Shown: positions 10,490 to 21,061, numbered from the stretch's first letter. The stretch: DNA of 64,000 nt from an uncultured Poribacteria bacterium (GCA_951813565.1 OX638351.1:2656001-2720000); one strand, 5' to 3'. Notes: generated from the sequence alone by a model not told the origin. Numbers and translations: made by a program.

Positions 10490-11358
10490 CTAAGAATCGT
10501 TGAAAGTCACTCGAAAGTTTATCATTGAATATGCTAAATAGCGAAAACCTAAACGGGTTTCTTTAAGTTTATCGTAGCTAAGGGCGAGTTTCCGATAAGT
10601 CCCTTGCCAACCGAATGTGCGTTCTACTTTAAATCTCTCTTTGTAGATATCTTTCTTAAACCAACGGAACTTGCGAGCAATAACGATAGGTTCTTTAGTA
10701 TTCCGTTTGTTCGGATAGATCACTGGGATCAGACCTTGTTCTTTGATAATCTTGTGATTCACCTTGGAATCAAAACCAGAATCCAGCGTTAGAGCGGAAC
10801 TCTCAAGTTCCAGTCCAATGCGATTGCTGAAGGAGATGAATTCAGTCAATGCCTCGGGCAAAATCGTTGTCTCATGTTGGTTAACCGGTTTGGTGGTTAT
10901 CGGACTAACGATGAACCCGTGATTGTCGGTGATGGTCAACTCTTTTTCACCTTTCTGATGTTTGTGTCCCGAATAACCGATGCCATCGCCCCTTTTTTTA
11001 CGACGGTATTTGACCCATCTCCATGAAGTTGAGAGGTGTCAAGTTGATCGGTATCAAGCAGATGTATCACTGATGCTTCAAAAAGTTTTTGATAAGAACC
11101 ATCTTTTGACCATCTATTATGCCATTTATAGACATTAGACCAATGGAGTTCATTCCGCCGGGTGCGGAGCCGCTCCCATTGAATGCCAGTATGCAAAACA
11201 TAAAGGATATAATTAAATATCTTATACGAAGATATTTTAGGTTTCGGTCCTTTATGCCTTTTAGACAAAAAGGGTTTAATATACCGGTTAAAATCCCTAA
11301 GCGAAACCTGTTTCGGAAGACAATTGGAATTCAGTTGTTTTTCAGTTGTGTCAGCCAT
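10490..11358 (-). mobile_element. IS5-family transposase in two ORFs joined by a programmed -1 frameshift
   Basis: ILYVLHTGIQW, W..VYKWHNRWSKDG, LDSGFDS, RFKVERTFGW; A7G4 slippery site near 10990-11000. Confidence 0.85.
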
Positions 11359-11439
11359 AAGAGAACCTCTCAAAAAAATAGGACTTACATTATTAACTTA
11401 TATACCTTTATTTTACTATATTTATAGGTTTTACTCAAT

Positions 11440-11967
11440 ATGACTTCGATTGAAAAACTTTCCAAGATTTACTATGTGCCTCTCAAGCGTAATCGTCTTG
11501 TCAATGATACGGATGGTGTTGAACAACACCAACAAGTCCAAGATTTATGTTGGACCCAAGCAGAAATACGACAAGGAAAACGAGTGCACATCAATAAGTT
11601 TCCAAATGGACATCAAGTGAAGTTGTTCCGGATAGCGTCCTCTAACGGACACACGGTATATATCGCTACAAACGATTTATCTCAATCAGATGCGGATGCC
11701 ACAATCCAAGAATGTAAAGTGCGTTGGAAGATTGAGCAATTTCATCGTGAGATCAAACAAGTCACTGGTATTGGTAAATGTCAATGTCGCAAGTTGCGTG
11801 CGCAAAGAAATCATATTGCGTGTTGTTTTCAAGTATGGGTCTGTTTGACACGCACTGCCCGTGCAGTTGGTAGAACAATTTATGAGCTTAAAGATAGCTT
11901 ATTGGACGATTATTTACGACATCAACTCTCAAATCCTTCAATAATCTTCAAGACTGCGTAAGTCCTG
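11440..11967 (+). mobile_element. IS701-family element, right-hand fragment of a second, diverged copy
   Basis: Protein overlaps and resembles 2517-2948 (RWKIEQFHREIKQVTG...CQCR); right IR TGCGTAAGTCCTG at 11955-11967. Confidence 0.85.
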
Positions 11968-12384
11968 ATTGCGAAAAAATTTGTCAATCTATAATAGTAG
12001 ATTTTGGAATTACTTGGACACTCTGCACCAGCGAGGTTAGGAAACCTCGCCTACCAGTGTTAATGTCCGAGGCGCAATGAATTGCGCGACTGCAAACACC
12101 ACAAATGCTAAGAAATGTTCACTTAATTTTACGACTTGTGCCAGTTAAGTGAAAGTTTTGTTGTTTTTCACAATTGTTCATATTTTGGAATCAACGCCAA
12201 ATACGCTTTTGGTATTTGGCCGGAGCGATCTCCGAATCGCGACACGTTTGCAGTCGGGAATCGGAGTTCCCTCCTACCTTGAGAACAGCAGCTATCGGAA
12301 AAGTTGCGGAATGCAAACCCAAACAAGAGGAACATGTGAAATATAAATATACCAAATGTTAACTGGCACAACGCGTTAATTTTA

Positions 12385-12605
12385 TAATTCACTATAAACG
12401 TTTTTGAACGCTGTTAACCTTATCTTCCATTGTTTGGGTTCTGTCAATCCGAGTGCCAAATTTGAGTGTAGTTGTAATTCGGGGTGCCCACATCTCATGC
12501 ATTATTTTATGACACCATTTAATCGCATCAAATACTGTATCCTATTTATCTTCAATATTAGTGCCGCAAGCATGGCGTTTCGTCTTTAAGCCTGTTTCTT
12601 TCAAT
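12385..12605 (-). pseudogene. Degenerate copy of the 3' part of the MTH1187-family gene at 14652-14957
   Basis: Collinear DNA similarity, e.g. TTTTTGAACGCT...ATCTTCCAT...TCAATCCG.GTGCCAAA...GTAATTCG, with frameshifts. Confidence 0.75.
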
Positions 12606-12622
12606 AACTTGAGTTTGATAAA

Positions 12623-13045
12623 TAACCCAAGTTGCTACCTACAAAATTTAGACCTACAGACGCCATTTTTAGTAGAGAACAGTTCATTATTCGGAAATAT
12701 CGTAGCGCAAACTTTATGAAGATTAAAAATATATTTCGGTATTTTCTAACCATAGACATCTTGTTTTATGTTTTTCTTGTGTGAGGTTCATTATCTTGTT
12801 GTCTGAATCACGGAAGGCACGGAGAACACTGAGTTCACGGAAGTCCTTTCTATTCATTTATGTTTCTTCTAATCAGAAATAGTAATGAAACGGAAATGCT
12901 TCTGCGTCTTCCGCGTTCTCTGCGCCTTCCGTGATTCAGACAGAAAAGGGATCAGATTACCGAATTAAAAAATTAATCTTCATTCAGTTTGCGTATTCAT
13001 AGGCACAAACTAAAAGTTTATGCTACATAGGTGGCAACTTAGTTA
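12623..13045. mobile_element. MITE family A (TAACCYAAGTTGC ends) carrying a nested MITE (12716-12983) and a long REP-like pair
   Basis: Terminal IRs; the copy at 14391-14562 lacks the internal insert. Confidence 0.75.
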
Positions 13046-13068
13046 TAAATAGTTAAAAAAGAAACGTG

Positions 13069-13110
13069 TAGACCCTGTAGCCACAAGTTCTAAATTGGGC
13101 TACAGGGTCA
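13069..13110 (-). terminator. Probable intrinsic terminator for 13148-14347
   Basis: Stem GACCCTGTAGCC / GGCTACAGGGTC downstream of the stop codon. Confidence 0.55.
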
Positions 13111-13147
13111 GATTTAACATGTTATATCACGTGTTGTATAAAGCCAA

Positions 13148-14347
13148 TTATTTCGCACTTTTCAATTTACCCCAGACGGTGATAAACTTACCTGCTGCTT
13201 CAACACTTTGGTATTCGTCGGAGGGTGTATAGGCAGTTTCTACGGACCCGCGAATACCGACGTGTACTCCCCATCCGCCACCAGCTTCACTGACTTTGAC
13301 CATCAACAAGTTGTTACCCCGTTTCAGATCAACTGTAAACTCATCTTGCCATCTGGATCTTCCACGGTTAACCGCGTTCGTGTGAACGACTTCACCATTG
13401 AGCCAGACTTTGATGGAATCATCACTCCCAACTAACATACTGACACCTTCCATCGCTTCTTCTGCGACAAGTGTAACGAGTCCATAAGCTGTTATGTGGT
13501 CCAAAGCACCTTGTTCTATTCCTGCTTGATTGACAAGAACATTAAGGTCACCGTTGTCAGGCAGATCAGCGAGAGTCCACTCATAATCTCCGACTTTGTC
13601 CCCTTCAGTTGCGCTATTATTAGCCACCCTTTTTTCAGTAACTTTATTATTGCTTGCATCTGCAAGGGAATCGATGTCGGTGGAAGCTGCTCCACCCTGA
13701 CCAGGTTCGGTTGGTGCGATCACCCAAAGCCAATCTGTCAAAATATCTTCTATAGGAACGAAGGGCGTTTCAGAAATACCTACGTGCATGCCCCAACCAC
13801 CACCAGCTTCACTGATTTTGACCATCAAAAAGTTGTCACCTTGTTTCAGATCAATTGCGAACTCATCTTGCCACATGCTCCGTCCACGGTTAACGGCATT
13901 CTTAAAAACGACTTCACCATTCAGCCAGACTTTGATGGAATCATCACTACCGGTTTTCATTGTCGCCTCTTGTGCCTTATCCGATTCGTATGTATAAAGT
14001 GCGTATGAAGTAATGTGATCCAACGCACCTTCCTCCATTCCTGATTGATTGACAACAGTATTGATGTCCCCGTTTGCTGGCAATTCAGCGAGTGTCCACT
14101 CATAATCTCCGACCTCGTCTCCTTCTTTTGCTCCATTTTTAGCCACCATTTCTTCGGTAACTTTGTCATCGCTTGCAACTGCAAGGGAATCGATATCGGT
14201 AGAATTAGCACCACCCTGTCCCGCTTCAGTTTTAGCGATCATCCAAAGCCATGGACCGAGAATTTGATCTTGCGCATCAGCAGTCAGCGTCATCACCGAA
14301 AGACTCATCAGACAAGCCAACGCTATTATACACAATTTTCTGAACAT
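13148..14347 (-). CDS. Secreted protein with two tandem jelly-roll (PA14-like) repeats and a conserved C-terminal motif
   Basis: Signal peptide; duplicated GSDDSIKVWLNGEVV...LMVK.SEAGGGWG; ends VEAAGKFITVWGKLKSAK. Confidence 0.8.
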   Translation of the reverse strand: MFRKLCIIALACLMSLSVMTLTADAQDQILGPWLWMIAKTEAGQGGANSTDIDSLAVASDDKVTEEMVAKNGAKEGDEVGDYEWTLAELPANGDINTVVNQSGMEEGALDHITSYALYTYESDKAQEATMKTGSDDSIKVWLNGEVVFKNAVNRGRSMWQDEFAIDLKQGDNFLMVKISEAGGGWGMHVGISETPFVPIEDILTDWLWVIAPTEPGQGGAASTDIDSLADASNNKVTEKRVANNSATEGDKVGDYEWTLADLPDNGDLNVLVNQAGIEQGALDHITAYGLVTLVAEEAMEGVSMLVGSDDSIKVWLNGEVVHTNAVNRGRSRWQDEFTVDLKRGNNLLMVKVSEAGGGWGVHVGIRGSVETAYTPSDEYQSVEAAGKFITVWGKLKSAK

Positions 14348-14390
14348 TAAATAACCTCCTATATAATTTTGTAGTAATTCTTAAGTATTC

Positions 14391-14562
14391 TAACCCAAGT
14401 TGCTACCTATAAGATTTTTGGCACACAGACACCATTTTTAACAGACACCATTTTTAATAGAGAACAGTTCGTTATTGGTGAAATATTGTAGCGCAAACTT
14501 TTAGTTTGTGGACTAATATGCGCAAACTAAAAGTTTGTGCTACTATGTGGCAACTTAGGTTA
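14391..14562. mobile_element. MITE family A copy
   Basis: TAACCCAAGTTGC ... GCAACTTAGGTTA terminal IRs with an internal REP pair. Confidence 0.75.
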
Positions 14563-14651
14563 TTTCATAGTAAAATGTAAATAATATTACATTCTATATC
14601 ATTTTAGCAGCATGTCAATAAAAGTCAAGGATAGTTTGATAAAAATTCTTG

Positions 14652-14957
14652 TCATTCTATTATGAACTGTTTTTGAACGCTATCAATTTTATCTTCCATC
14701 GTTTGGTTTCTATCAATCCGCGTGCCAAACTTTAGCGTTGTCGTAATTCGAGGCGCGCCCATCTCGTGCACTACCTCATGACACCTTCTTATGGCATCAA
14801 ACACGGCACTCCATTCACCTTCAATGTTGGTGCCGTAAGCGTGAAGTTTTGTCTTTAAACCTGCTGCTTTCAACACATTTTCACATGCGGTGACATATTT
14901 TGAGACAGATACGCCGACACCGATCGGAACAACACACAGATCAGCAATAACTTTCAT
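14652..14957 (-). CDS. MTH1187/YkoF-like thiamine-binding protein family
   Basis: ADLCVVPIG..SVSKYV, HAYGTNIEGEW, GTRIDR. Confidence 0.88.
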   Translation of the reverse strand: MKVIADLCVVPIGVGVSVSKYVTACENVLKAAGLKTKLHAYGTNIEGEWSAVFDAIRRCHEVVHEMGAPRITTTLKFGTRIDRNQTMEDKIDSVQKQFIIE

Positions 14958-14967
14958 GTGTTTCTCT

Positions 14968-15906
14968 CTAATTCTCGCGTAGTTTTTCCAGAATAGCGGT
15001 AGGTAGCGGCGCTGCGTCAGAGGTCGCGATACCGTCGTCAACTTGCGCGGGAGACATCATGCCCGGAATAACACAACAGACTGCCGAATGTGCTAAAATA
15101 AATTTTAAGGCGGCTTGCGGCAGGCTTCGTGCTTTATCGCCAATGATTGATTTAATCTGTTCAACCTGTTCTAAATCAGTGAGAAATTTCTCACGGGGCC
15201 ACGTTTTCCGATAATCGTTTTCAGCAAATTCTGTGTCTGCATTGAGTTGTCCTGAAAGTAAACCTGACGACAGTGGTTGACGCGCCACAACTGCGATCCC
15301 ATTTTCAGCAGCTGTTTTCATTACAGGTTTTGACATATCTTGATTGAGGATGTTATACGTTAGCATTAAGGAGGAAATACCGGTTTCAGCTATTGCCTTA
15401 AGTGCCTGCTCTTCATTTCCGAGACATAACCCATAAAAGCGAATTTTTCCTTCGGTTTTGAGTTCTTCCATTGTGCCGAATGCTTCGTCCCACACTTCTG
15501 CTGGCGGTGGTCCGTGAAATTGATAGATGTCTATCGCATCCTTTTTCAATCGTGTAAGACTACCTTCAACTGCTTGACGGATATAATCTCGGGAAGCATT
15601 GAACGCGGGAACTGTCCCGCCTTGACTAATCCAACCATCGGAGTCCAATTCATATCCGAGTTTCGTTGCGATGATAATTCTGTCACCGAGCACTGAAAAA
15701 GCTTCACCTAAGAAACGTTCCGCACGTCCGCCACCGTATTGGTCAGCGGTATCGTAAAAGGTTACACCTTTTTCAAAAGCGTATTGAAGGAGATCAACAG
15801 CCTCTTTTTCGCCTATGTCTCCCCATTCACGTCCCCCGAGTTCCCATGTTCCCATGCCGATTTCGGAGACGGTCAAACCCGTTTTTCCAAATTTGCGCTG
15901 TCGCAT
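14968..15906 (-). CDS. Aldo/keto reductase
   Basis: VSEIGMGTW, DTADQYGGG, IATKLG, IDIYQFH. Confidence 0.92.
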   Translation of the reverse strand: MRQRKFGKTGLTVSEIGMGTWELGGREWGDIGEKEAVDLLQYAFEKGVTFYDTADQYGGGRAERFLGEAFSVLGDRIIIATKLGYELDSDGWISQGGTVPAFNASRDYIRQAVEGSLTRLKKDAIDIYQFHGPPPAEVWDEAFGTMEELKTEGKIRFYGLCLGNEEQALKAIAETGISSLMLTYNILNQDMSKPVMKTAAENGIAVVARQPLSSGLLSGQLNADTEFAENDYRKTWPREKFLTDLEQVEQIKSIIGDKARSLPQAALKFILAHSAVCCVIPGMMSPAQVDDGIATSDAAPLPTAILEKLREN

Positions 15907-15984
15907 CAGTTTCTCCCACGTGGACTTGCTCCAATTTTACAAAATTTGGGTAATTTTGTCAATGATTAAATTTGCATTGTACAC

Positions 15985-16197
15985 GGGTGTGTAAAGTTTT
16001 TGTAGAAACCCGCACAACTCCTATTGTAGGGGCGGGTCTCCGGGGAATGCCAAAAGGCATTCGGACCGTTGATTTGGTGCCTGCCCGCTGCATGGCACGT
16101 CCTGCGCAGTGGCGGGGCACAGGGACCCCGCTCTACAGTGGAAAACGCCGCGTAATCATTGCAAATTGAACCTATGTAACCAAATATTTACACACCC
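15985..16197. mobile_element. MITE family B (GGGTGTGTAAA ends) with 9-bp target duplication
   Basis: ATTGTACAC on both sides (15976-15984, 16198-16206). Confidence 0.88.
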
Positions 16198-16314
16198 ATT
16201 GTACACAATTACATTGACACATCATTCCTGTTTCTGATAGGATATAGTTGTTCAAGTGCCAAAGAAATGCCTCTAACGCGCATTAAATAGATTAAAAACG
16301 CTCATAGATATTTT

Positions 16315-16661
16315 ACTATAGTTTGGGCAATTCTTGTCTCGTGGAAATTAAGTTTCAACGGAAAATCTATTTTCTACGAGTTTCGCATATCAGTGAAACA
16401 CAGCGAAAATACCGCACTCCAGCGGAGTGCTATGTCTATAGAAAATGGCACGTATCTTGCGCTCCAGCGGAGTGCTATGTGTTGGAAATCACGTACCGCT
16501 CCGCTGGAGCGGAGGGACGGTTCATCATGTGGCTATAAACATATTGCTCCGCTGGAGCAAAGAGGGTTTCTGTTTTGTTTGTCTTGTGTTGATTTAGCAA
16601 TATAAGTCGTGGGCCAATTTCTTATATCAACTCAAGTTTGAAAAATTGTCCAAACTATAGT
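16315..16661. mobile_element. MITE with ACTATAGTTTGG ends containing four CTCCAGCGGAG hairpins
   Basis: IRs ACTATAGTTTGGGCAATT / AATTGTCCAAACTATAGT; ATATTTT duplicated on both flanks. Confidence 0.78.
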
Positions 16662-16678
16662 ATATTTTAGGGACATAC

Positions 16679-17719
16679 ATGAAATTATTGGTCACTGGTG
16701 GTGCTGGATTTATCGGCACAAATTTTATTCGATACTGGCTCAAGGAGTATCCGAAAGATGTTGTGATTAACCTTGATCGGTTGACTTATGCTGGAAATCT
16801 TACAAACCTGACAGATATTGTCTTAGCTTATTCTGATCGATATGTTTTTGCGCATGGCGATATTCTGGATGACGTATTCGTTTCAGAACTTATAGAAACA
16901 CATCAACCTGATGTGATTGTGAATTTTGCGGCGGAATCACACAATAGTCGTGCAATTTTGCAGCCGCGCCAATTCTTTGAAACAAACGTGATCGGGACAC
17001 AAGTTTTATTGGATGCTGCTCGGCAATACGGCGTGTCTCGGTTTCACCATATCTCAACTTGTGAGGTCTACGGCGAACTGGAATTGGACTCACTCGATGC
17101 TTTCGCTGAAACCGCACCTTACCGACCACAGACCCCTTACAACGCATCAAAAGCAGCAGCAGACCATCTCGTAAACGCATATTTCCATAGCTTTGGACTA
17201 CCGATAACCATTTCTAATTGTTCCAATAATTATGGTGCATATCAGCACCCTGAGAAGTTGATTCCGCTTTTCACAACAAATGCTATGCAGGATTTGCCTC
17301 TGACGCTCTACCGTAGCAGTCACAACTGCAGAGAATGGCTACATGTTGATGACCATTGCCGTGCGATTGCCTCGGTAATCTACAACGGAAAAATTGGAGA
17401 AACATATAACATCGGCAGCGGTGTTGAAAAAAGTATTGAAGAGATTACCGATTTTATCTTAGATACGCTTGGTAAACCGCAACACCTGAAAACTTATGTG
17501 CCTGACAGACCCGGACATGATTGTCGGTATCTCTTGGATTCAGAAAAGATTGCTCGTGAACTCGGTTGGAAGCCTGAAATACCGTTTGAGAAAGGCATGC
17601 GGCAAACAATTCAGTGGTATGTCGAAAATCGGGAATGGTGGGAGAAAATACAGCAGAACGCAGATAAGGAAGTAGTACAAGAAGATAAATGGGACACGTT
17701 CTCTCAAGAAAAAAGGTGA
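16679..17719 (+). CDS. rfbB: dTDP-glucose 4,6-dehydratase
   Basis: VTGGAGFIG, LTYAGNL, FAAESH, YNASKAA, NCSNNYG..QHPEKLIP, DRPGHD. Confidence 0.92.
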   Translation: MKLLVTGGAGFIGTNFIRYWLKEYPKDVVINLDRLTYAGNLTNLTDIVLAYSDRYVFAHGDILDDVFVSELIETHQPDVIVNFAAESHNSRAILQPRQFFETNVIGTQVLLDAARQYGVSRFHHISTCEVYGELELDSLDAFAETAPYRPQTPYNASKAAADHLVNAYFHSFGLPITISNCSNNYGAYQHPEKLIPLFTTNAMQDLPLTLYRSSHNCREWLHVDDHCRAIASVIYNGKIGETYNIGSGVEKSIEEITDFILDTLGKPQHLKTYVPDRPGHDCRYLLDSEKIARELGWKPEIPFEKGMRQTIQWYVENREWWEKIQQNADKEVVQEDKWDTFSQEKR

Positions 17720-17724
17720 GATGT

Positions 17725-18693
17725 ATGAGATTGACAGACAACCAACTTGCAACTTGGAAACGTGACGGAATCATCGTTGTGCCGAACGTTTTTTCACATG
17801 AGGCAGTTTCTTCTGCGCTGGAAGCAGTTGAGCAAAACGCTTATGATGGTTTATCCTACGCGGAATATCGCGCAAAATGGGATGACCAACCTGATGAACT
17901 TGAAAGGGCTTATGAAAAAAATGATCCTATGAATCGACTCGCGGGTCCCTTTGGTAAAGTTTCGCACTTTCCAACAGGGTTAGAAGCAGTGGACAAACTT
18001 ATCGAAAATGAAACCTATCTGGGGATTGCGCAGCAGTTGTTAGGCACAGAAGAAATCCGGATCAGCTATGGGCAAATTTTTCTGAGAGAAGGGTTAACGG
18101 ATAAACGCTACAGTGAGCATCCTTGGCAAGGGTATCACATTGACAATGGCACGAATGCAGCGTTGCCGCCGCATCCTGATTGGCAACGTTACGGATATAT
18201 TCTATGCAGCATTATGCTGCACGATGTTGATTTGGACGGTGCCCCGATGCTTATCTGTCCGGGTTCACAAGACCAATTGGATATGATATGGGAAAAACAT
18301 CCCGGCAGTGCGGGTGGACTCGGCATTCCTGACTTGCGTGAGTTTAAGGAATTGGCAGAACCTGTTCCTCTCATAGCGAAAGCGGGGAGTGCTATTTATC
18401 GGTCAAGTTATATAGTTCATGCTGCACAACCGTTTGCGAACAGAAGTAAACAGCGGGTATGGATGGGATATCACTTCCATCGTGCTGACAATGCTGGCTG
18501 GTGTTTAACAACACGACCTACCCCACGGTCAAGTCCACATTATATGAATTTTATCACACAAACAACGCCCTCGGTGAGACGAGTGTTAGGTTGGCCTGCG
18601 CCTGGCGATCCCTACTACACATCCCAAGCCTTAGATCGTTTAGCGCAAGCGTATCCTGAAATTGATTTAGAACCTTATCAAAAGAGTGCTTAG
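17725..18693 (+). CDS. PhyH-family dioxygenase
   Basis: YHID motif, LHDVDLDGAPMLICPGS, VHAA. Confidence 0.8.
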   Translation: MRLTDNQLATWKRDGIIVVPNVFSHEAVSSALEAVEQNAYDGLSYAEYRAKWDDQPDELERAYEKNDPMNRLAGPFGKVSHFPTGLEAVDKLIENETYLGIAQQLLGTEEIRISYGQIFLREGLTDKRYSEHPWQGYHIDNGTNAALPPHPDWQRYGYILCSIMLHDVDLDGAPMLICPGSQDQLDMIWEKHPGSAGGLGIPDLREFKELAEPVPLIAKAGSAIYRSSYIVHAAQPFANRSKQRVWMGYHFHRADNAGWCLTTRPTPRSSPHYMNFITQTTPSVRRVLGWPAPGDPYYTSQALDRLAQAYPEIDLEPYQKSA

Positions 18694-18694
18694 G

Positions 18695-19405
18695 TTATTG
18701 TGGACACCACGCCATCACTGTACCAAAACTGGCGAAGGCGCTGTTTTCTCCACTTGTTAAAATCCGTGAACCTTGCACAACAATCCGCGTATCTCGGCTT
18801 GTGATTTTGTAACTGACTGGGGCATCTTTGGCAATCAACGGTTCTCCGTTCGCGTCCTTTAGTTTATCCAACCGATAATGCACCGACCTATGTGCAGGCA
18901 CGTCAAATTCACAAGAGACGTTTTCCAAATCAGTATCTTCATAAAGCACCTCTAACAGACAGCACGTCCCAATATCTGCAGTGTTGGAAATGCATATAGA
19001 TTCGTGTGAGAAATATCCGCCGCCATGCTGTTCCCATTCCTGCTCTGCTGCAGATAACCCTGCCATGTAGCCATCAGGAATTACCCAAACATAAGTCCCA
19101 TCCCCATCTGAGGTATAGGATTTAAGCGCATCTGCTACTGATTCTGGATTATCTTTGATTTCATTCAACGAAATTACCAGAAATCGGGAATATAGTTGAA
19201 TTCCTTTTGACGAATTGTCTTCTTTTCGTTGTCCTATCACATTCAAACATAATCTGTTTTCATCTAACATCTCAATATGACTCACGCCTTGTGACGTTAG
19301 CGAGTCACCGAACGTGTTGTTGAGAAGAGTTGTTAGCGTATCAAGATTTGAGATTCCTGCCTGTTTGTATTCTCGGATTGTTGCGAATAATACTTCATAA
19401 GTCAT
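18695..19405 (-). CDS. Protein with C-terminal sensory rhodopsin transducer (ASRT)-like domain
   Basis: WVIPDGY...SHESICISN...YED...VPAHRSVHYR...IVVQGSR pattern. Confidence 0.65.
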   Translation of the reverse strand: MTYEVLFATIREYKQAGISNLDTLTTLLNNTFGDSLTSQGVSHIEMLDENRLCLNVIGQRKEDNSSKGIQLYSRFLVISLNEIKDNPESVADALKSYTSDGDGTYVWVIPDGYMAGLSAAEQEWEQHGGGYFSHESICISNTADIGTCCLLEVLYEDTDLENVSCEFDVPAHRSVHYRLDKLKDANGEPLIAKDAPVSYKITSRDTRIVVQGSRILTSGENSAFASFGTVMAWCPQ

Positions 19406-19425
19406 AGATTTCTCCTTGAGAGATT

Positions 19426-19773
19426 TTATACCATCCATCTTCCATCAATACCGAGCAGTGCTCCTAACACTTGTAAAAGCACAACCTCTGCATCAGGTCC
19501 GACAAAATGCCGATGGGCGTCAATATAGGTGCCGTAATCTGCTGCCCATTCACGAAAGTAGGTTTCGTATTCCCATCCGTTTGCAGTGCGGCGGAAACTG
19601 GAACGTTCTGGGTAAGGAAGTTTTTGATTTAAAAGTTCGTGTAGTTGTTCAGCGGTAGGTAACCATAAGTCTCTGTTGTTTTCTGAGGTGGGTTGAAGTG
19701 CTTGAATTGCAGGGTGTCGGCACATCTGTAGGTATTCTTCAGAAGAATGGTTATGTTTTTCTGATGGGGTCAT
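19426..19773 (-). CDS. Hypothetical protein
   Basis: 115-aa ORF in an operon-like minus-strand run. Confidence 0.6.
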   Translation of the reverse strand: MTPSEKHNHSSEEYLQMCRHPAIQALQPTSENNRDLWLPTAEQLHELLNQKLPYPERSSFRRTANGWEYETYFREWAADYGTYIDAHRHFVGPDAEVVLLQVLGALLGIDGRWMV

Positions 19774-19803
19774 GGGATGGGATAACGTTAATTGTCAAAT
19801 ATT

Positions 19804-20097
19804 TTACATGATGCCGAGAATTTTCCATGCGCGATCGTATTTTTGTCGTATTTCGTCTGAGGCAACGATAATATCCATTTTCATTTGCCTCGCAGTTTCA
19901 ATATCTGATCTCGTTTTTTCCCGCTCTCCGAGGCGTAACCACGATCCGCCACGATAGTAGCATGCCTCCGCATAGTCAGGTTTGAGTTCTATCGATTTGG
20001 TATAGTCTTCAATAGCAAGGTCTACCTCACCATTTTTACTTTTTTCTATCCCGCTATTAAAATACTTTTTAGCAAGTTCCTGATCCTGTTTTGCCAT
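19804..20097 (-). CDS. Small tetratricopeptide repeat protein
   Basis: AIEDYTKSIELKPDYAEACYYRG. Confidence 0.75.
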   Translation of the reverse strand: MAKQDQELAKKYFNSGIEKSKNGEVDLAIEDYTKSIELKPDYAEACYYRGGSWLRLGEREKTRSDIETARQMKMDIIVASDEIRQKYDRAWKILGIM

Positions 20098-20254
20098 TAT
20101 ATTCTTCTCCACAATGCGAATTACTTGAGAGTATGATACCATACAAAAAAGACAGATTCAACAGAATTTCGGAGGGCGACCGAATTAAACTTGTCCCTGT
20201 GGACATTCTTTAGGTCACAATAATCCTTGCAAATCCTGTAAAACTCCATTATAA

Positions 20255-21061
20255 TACCAATTCTAAAATACAATGTCCCATTTAACATACTACAGTCTAT
20301 CTCATAAATCGTTAAATACGGTTCCTTACACAGGTTCTACATTCATTGTAGGGGCGGGTCCCTGTGCCCGCCCATTGTTTCCACTTATGAGAGAGATGGC
20401 GAGGCACCAAATCAACGGTCCGAATGCCTTATGGCATTCCCCGGGACCTCGCCCTACAAATGATTTATGAGATACGCTCTATAATAGACATTATAATGAT
20501 TTAATCTGCGTTGTGTTGTCAGAATCGCGGATTATCGCAGATTTATCGGATGACGCGGATTTTAAGAACTTTGTATCCGCACATTCAACGGACGCATGCA
20601 CGCCTTCTGTTATTGACCGGACATTATGAAAACGACTTGTTGTTACCAGTATCCAATAATCCGTGCCATCTGCGTCATCCGATAAATCCGCGATTCAGAA
20701 AGTTGCGCGCGATGCCTCATCTACCCAACGGACAAACATAAGATTTTTCCGTGGACCAATAACTCACAATTATAGTAAAAATCACAATTACCTTTACATT
20801 TGCGAGGTTAGGAAACCTCGCCAGCGCAAGCGTGTGGGGATTGCTGTTCATTGAAATGTGAACATATTTTCGGATTTTACTATAAAACGTTATAATGTCT
20901 AATTTAATGGAATATCAACAGAAGAAAGAATGTCCGAGGCGACAAGTCATGGCGAATACCACACGCGTATTCGCCCAAGTGCGCTTGGCGTTGATTTGGC
21001 AATGAATTGCGCGACTACGAACGCGTTTTTGTTAATGAGAAGCTATTATTTAGAAATGGTA
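20255..21061. mobile_element. Composite MITE (TACCAA...TGGTA ends, TAA duplication) holding nested MITEs at 20291-20481 and 20770-20885 plus REP-like pairs
   Basis: IRs TACCAATTCTAAAATA / TTATTTAGAAATGGTA; inner IR pairs read directly. Confidence 0.7.

Noticed and set aside
2036..11967. Single IS701 composite transposon
   Set aside because: Flanks differ (ATACT versus ATTGC) and the two transposase fragments overlap in protein coordinates and are diverged, so they come from different copies
11968..11980. ATTGCGAAAAA resembling the IS1595 right end plus flank
   Set aside because: Match is too short to distinguish from chance
12149..12589. Short ORFs in repeat-rich intergenic regions (also 15972-16605, 20273-20854, 22969-23169, 46011-46206) and antisense ORFs inside genes
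   Set aside because: They translate MITE/REP sequence or shadow real genes, with no RBS or recognisable domain
16410..16560. CRISPR-like spaced palindromic repeats
   Set aside because: Repeats change orientation, spacing is irregular and they lie within MITE ends; better explained as REPs
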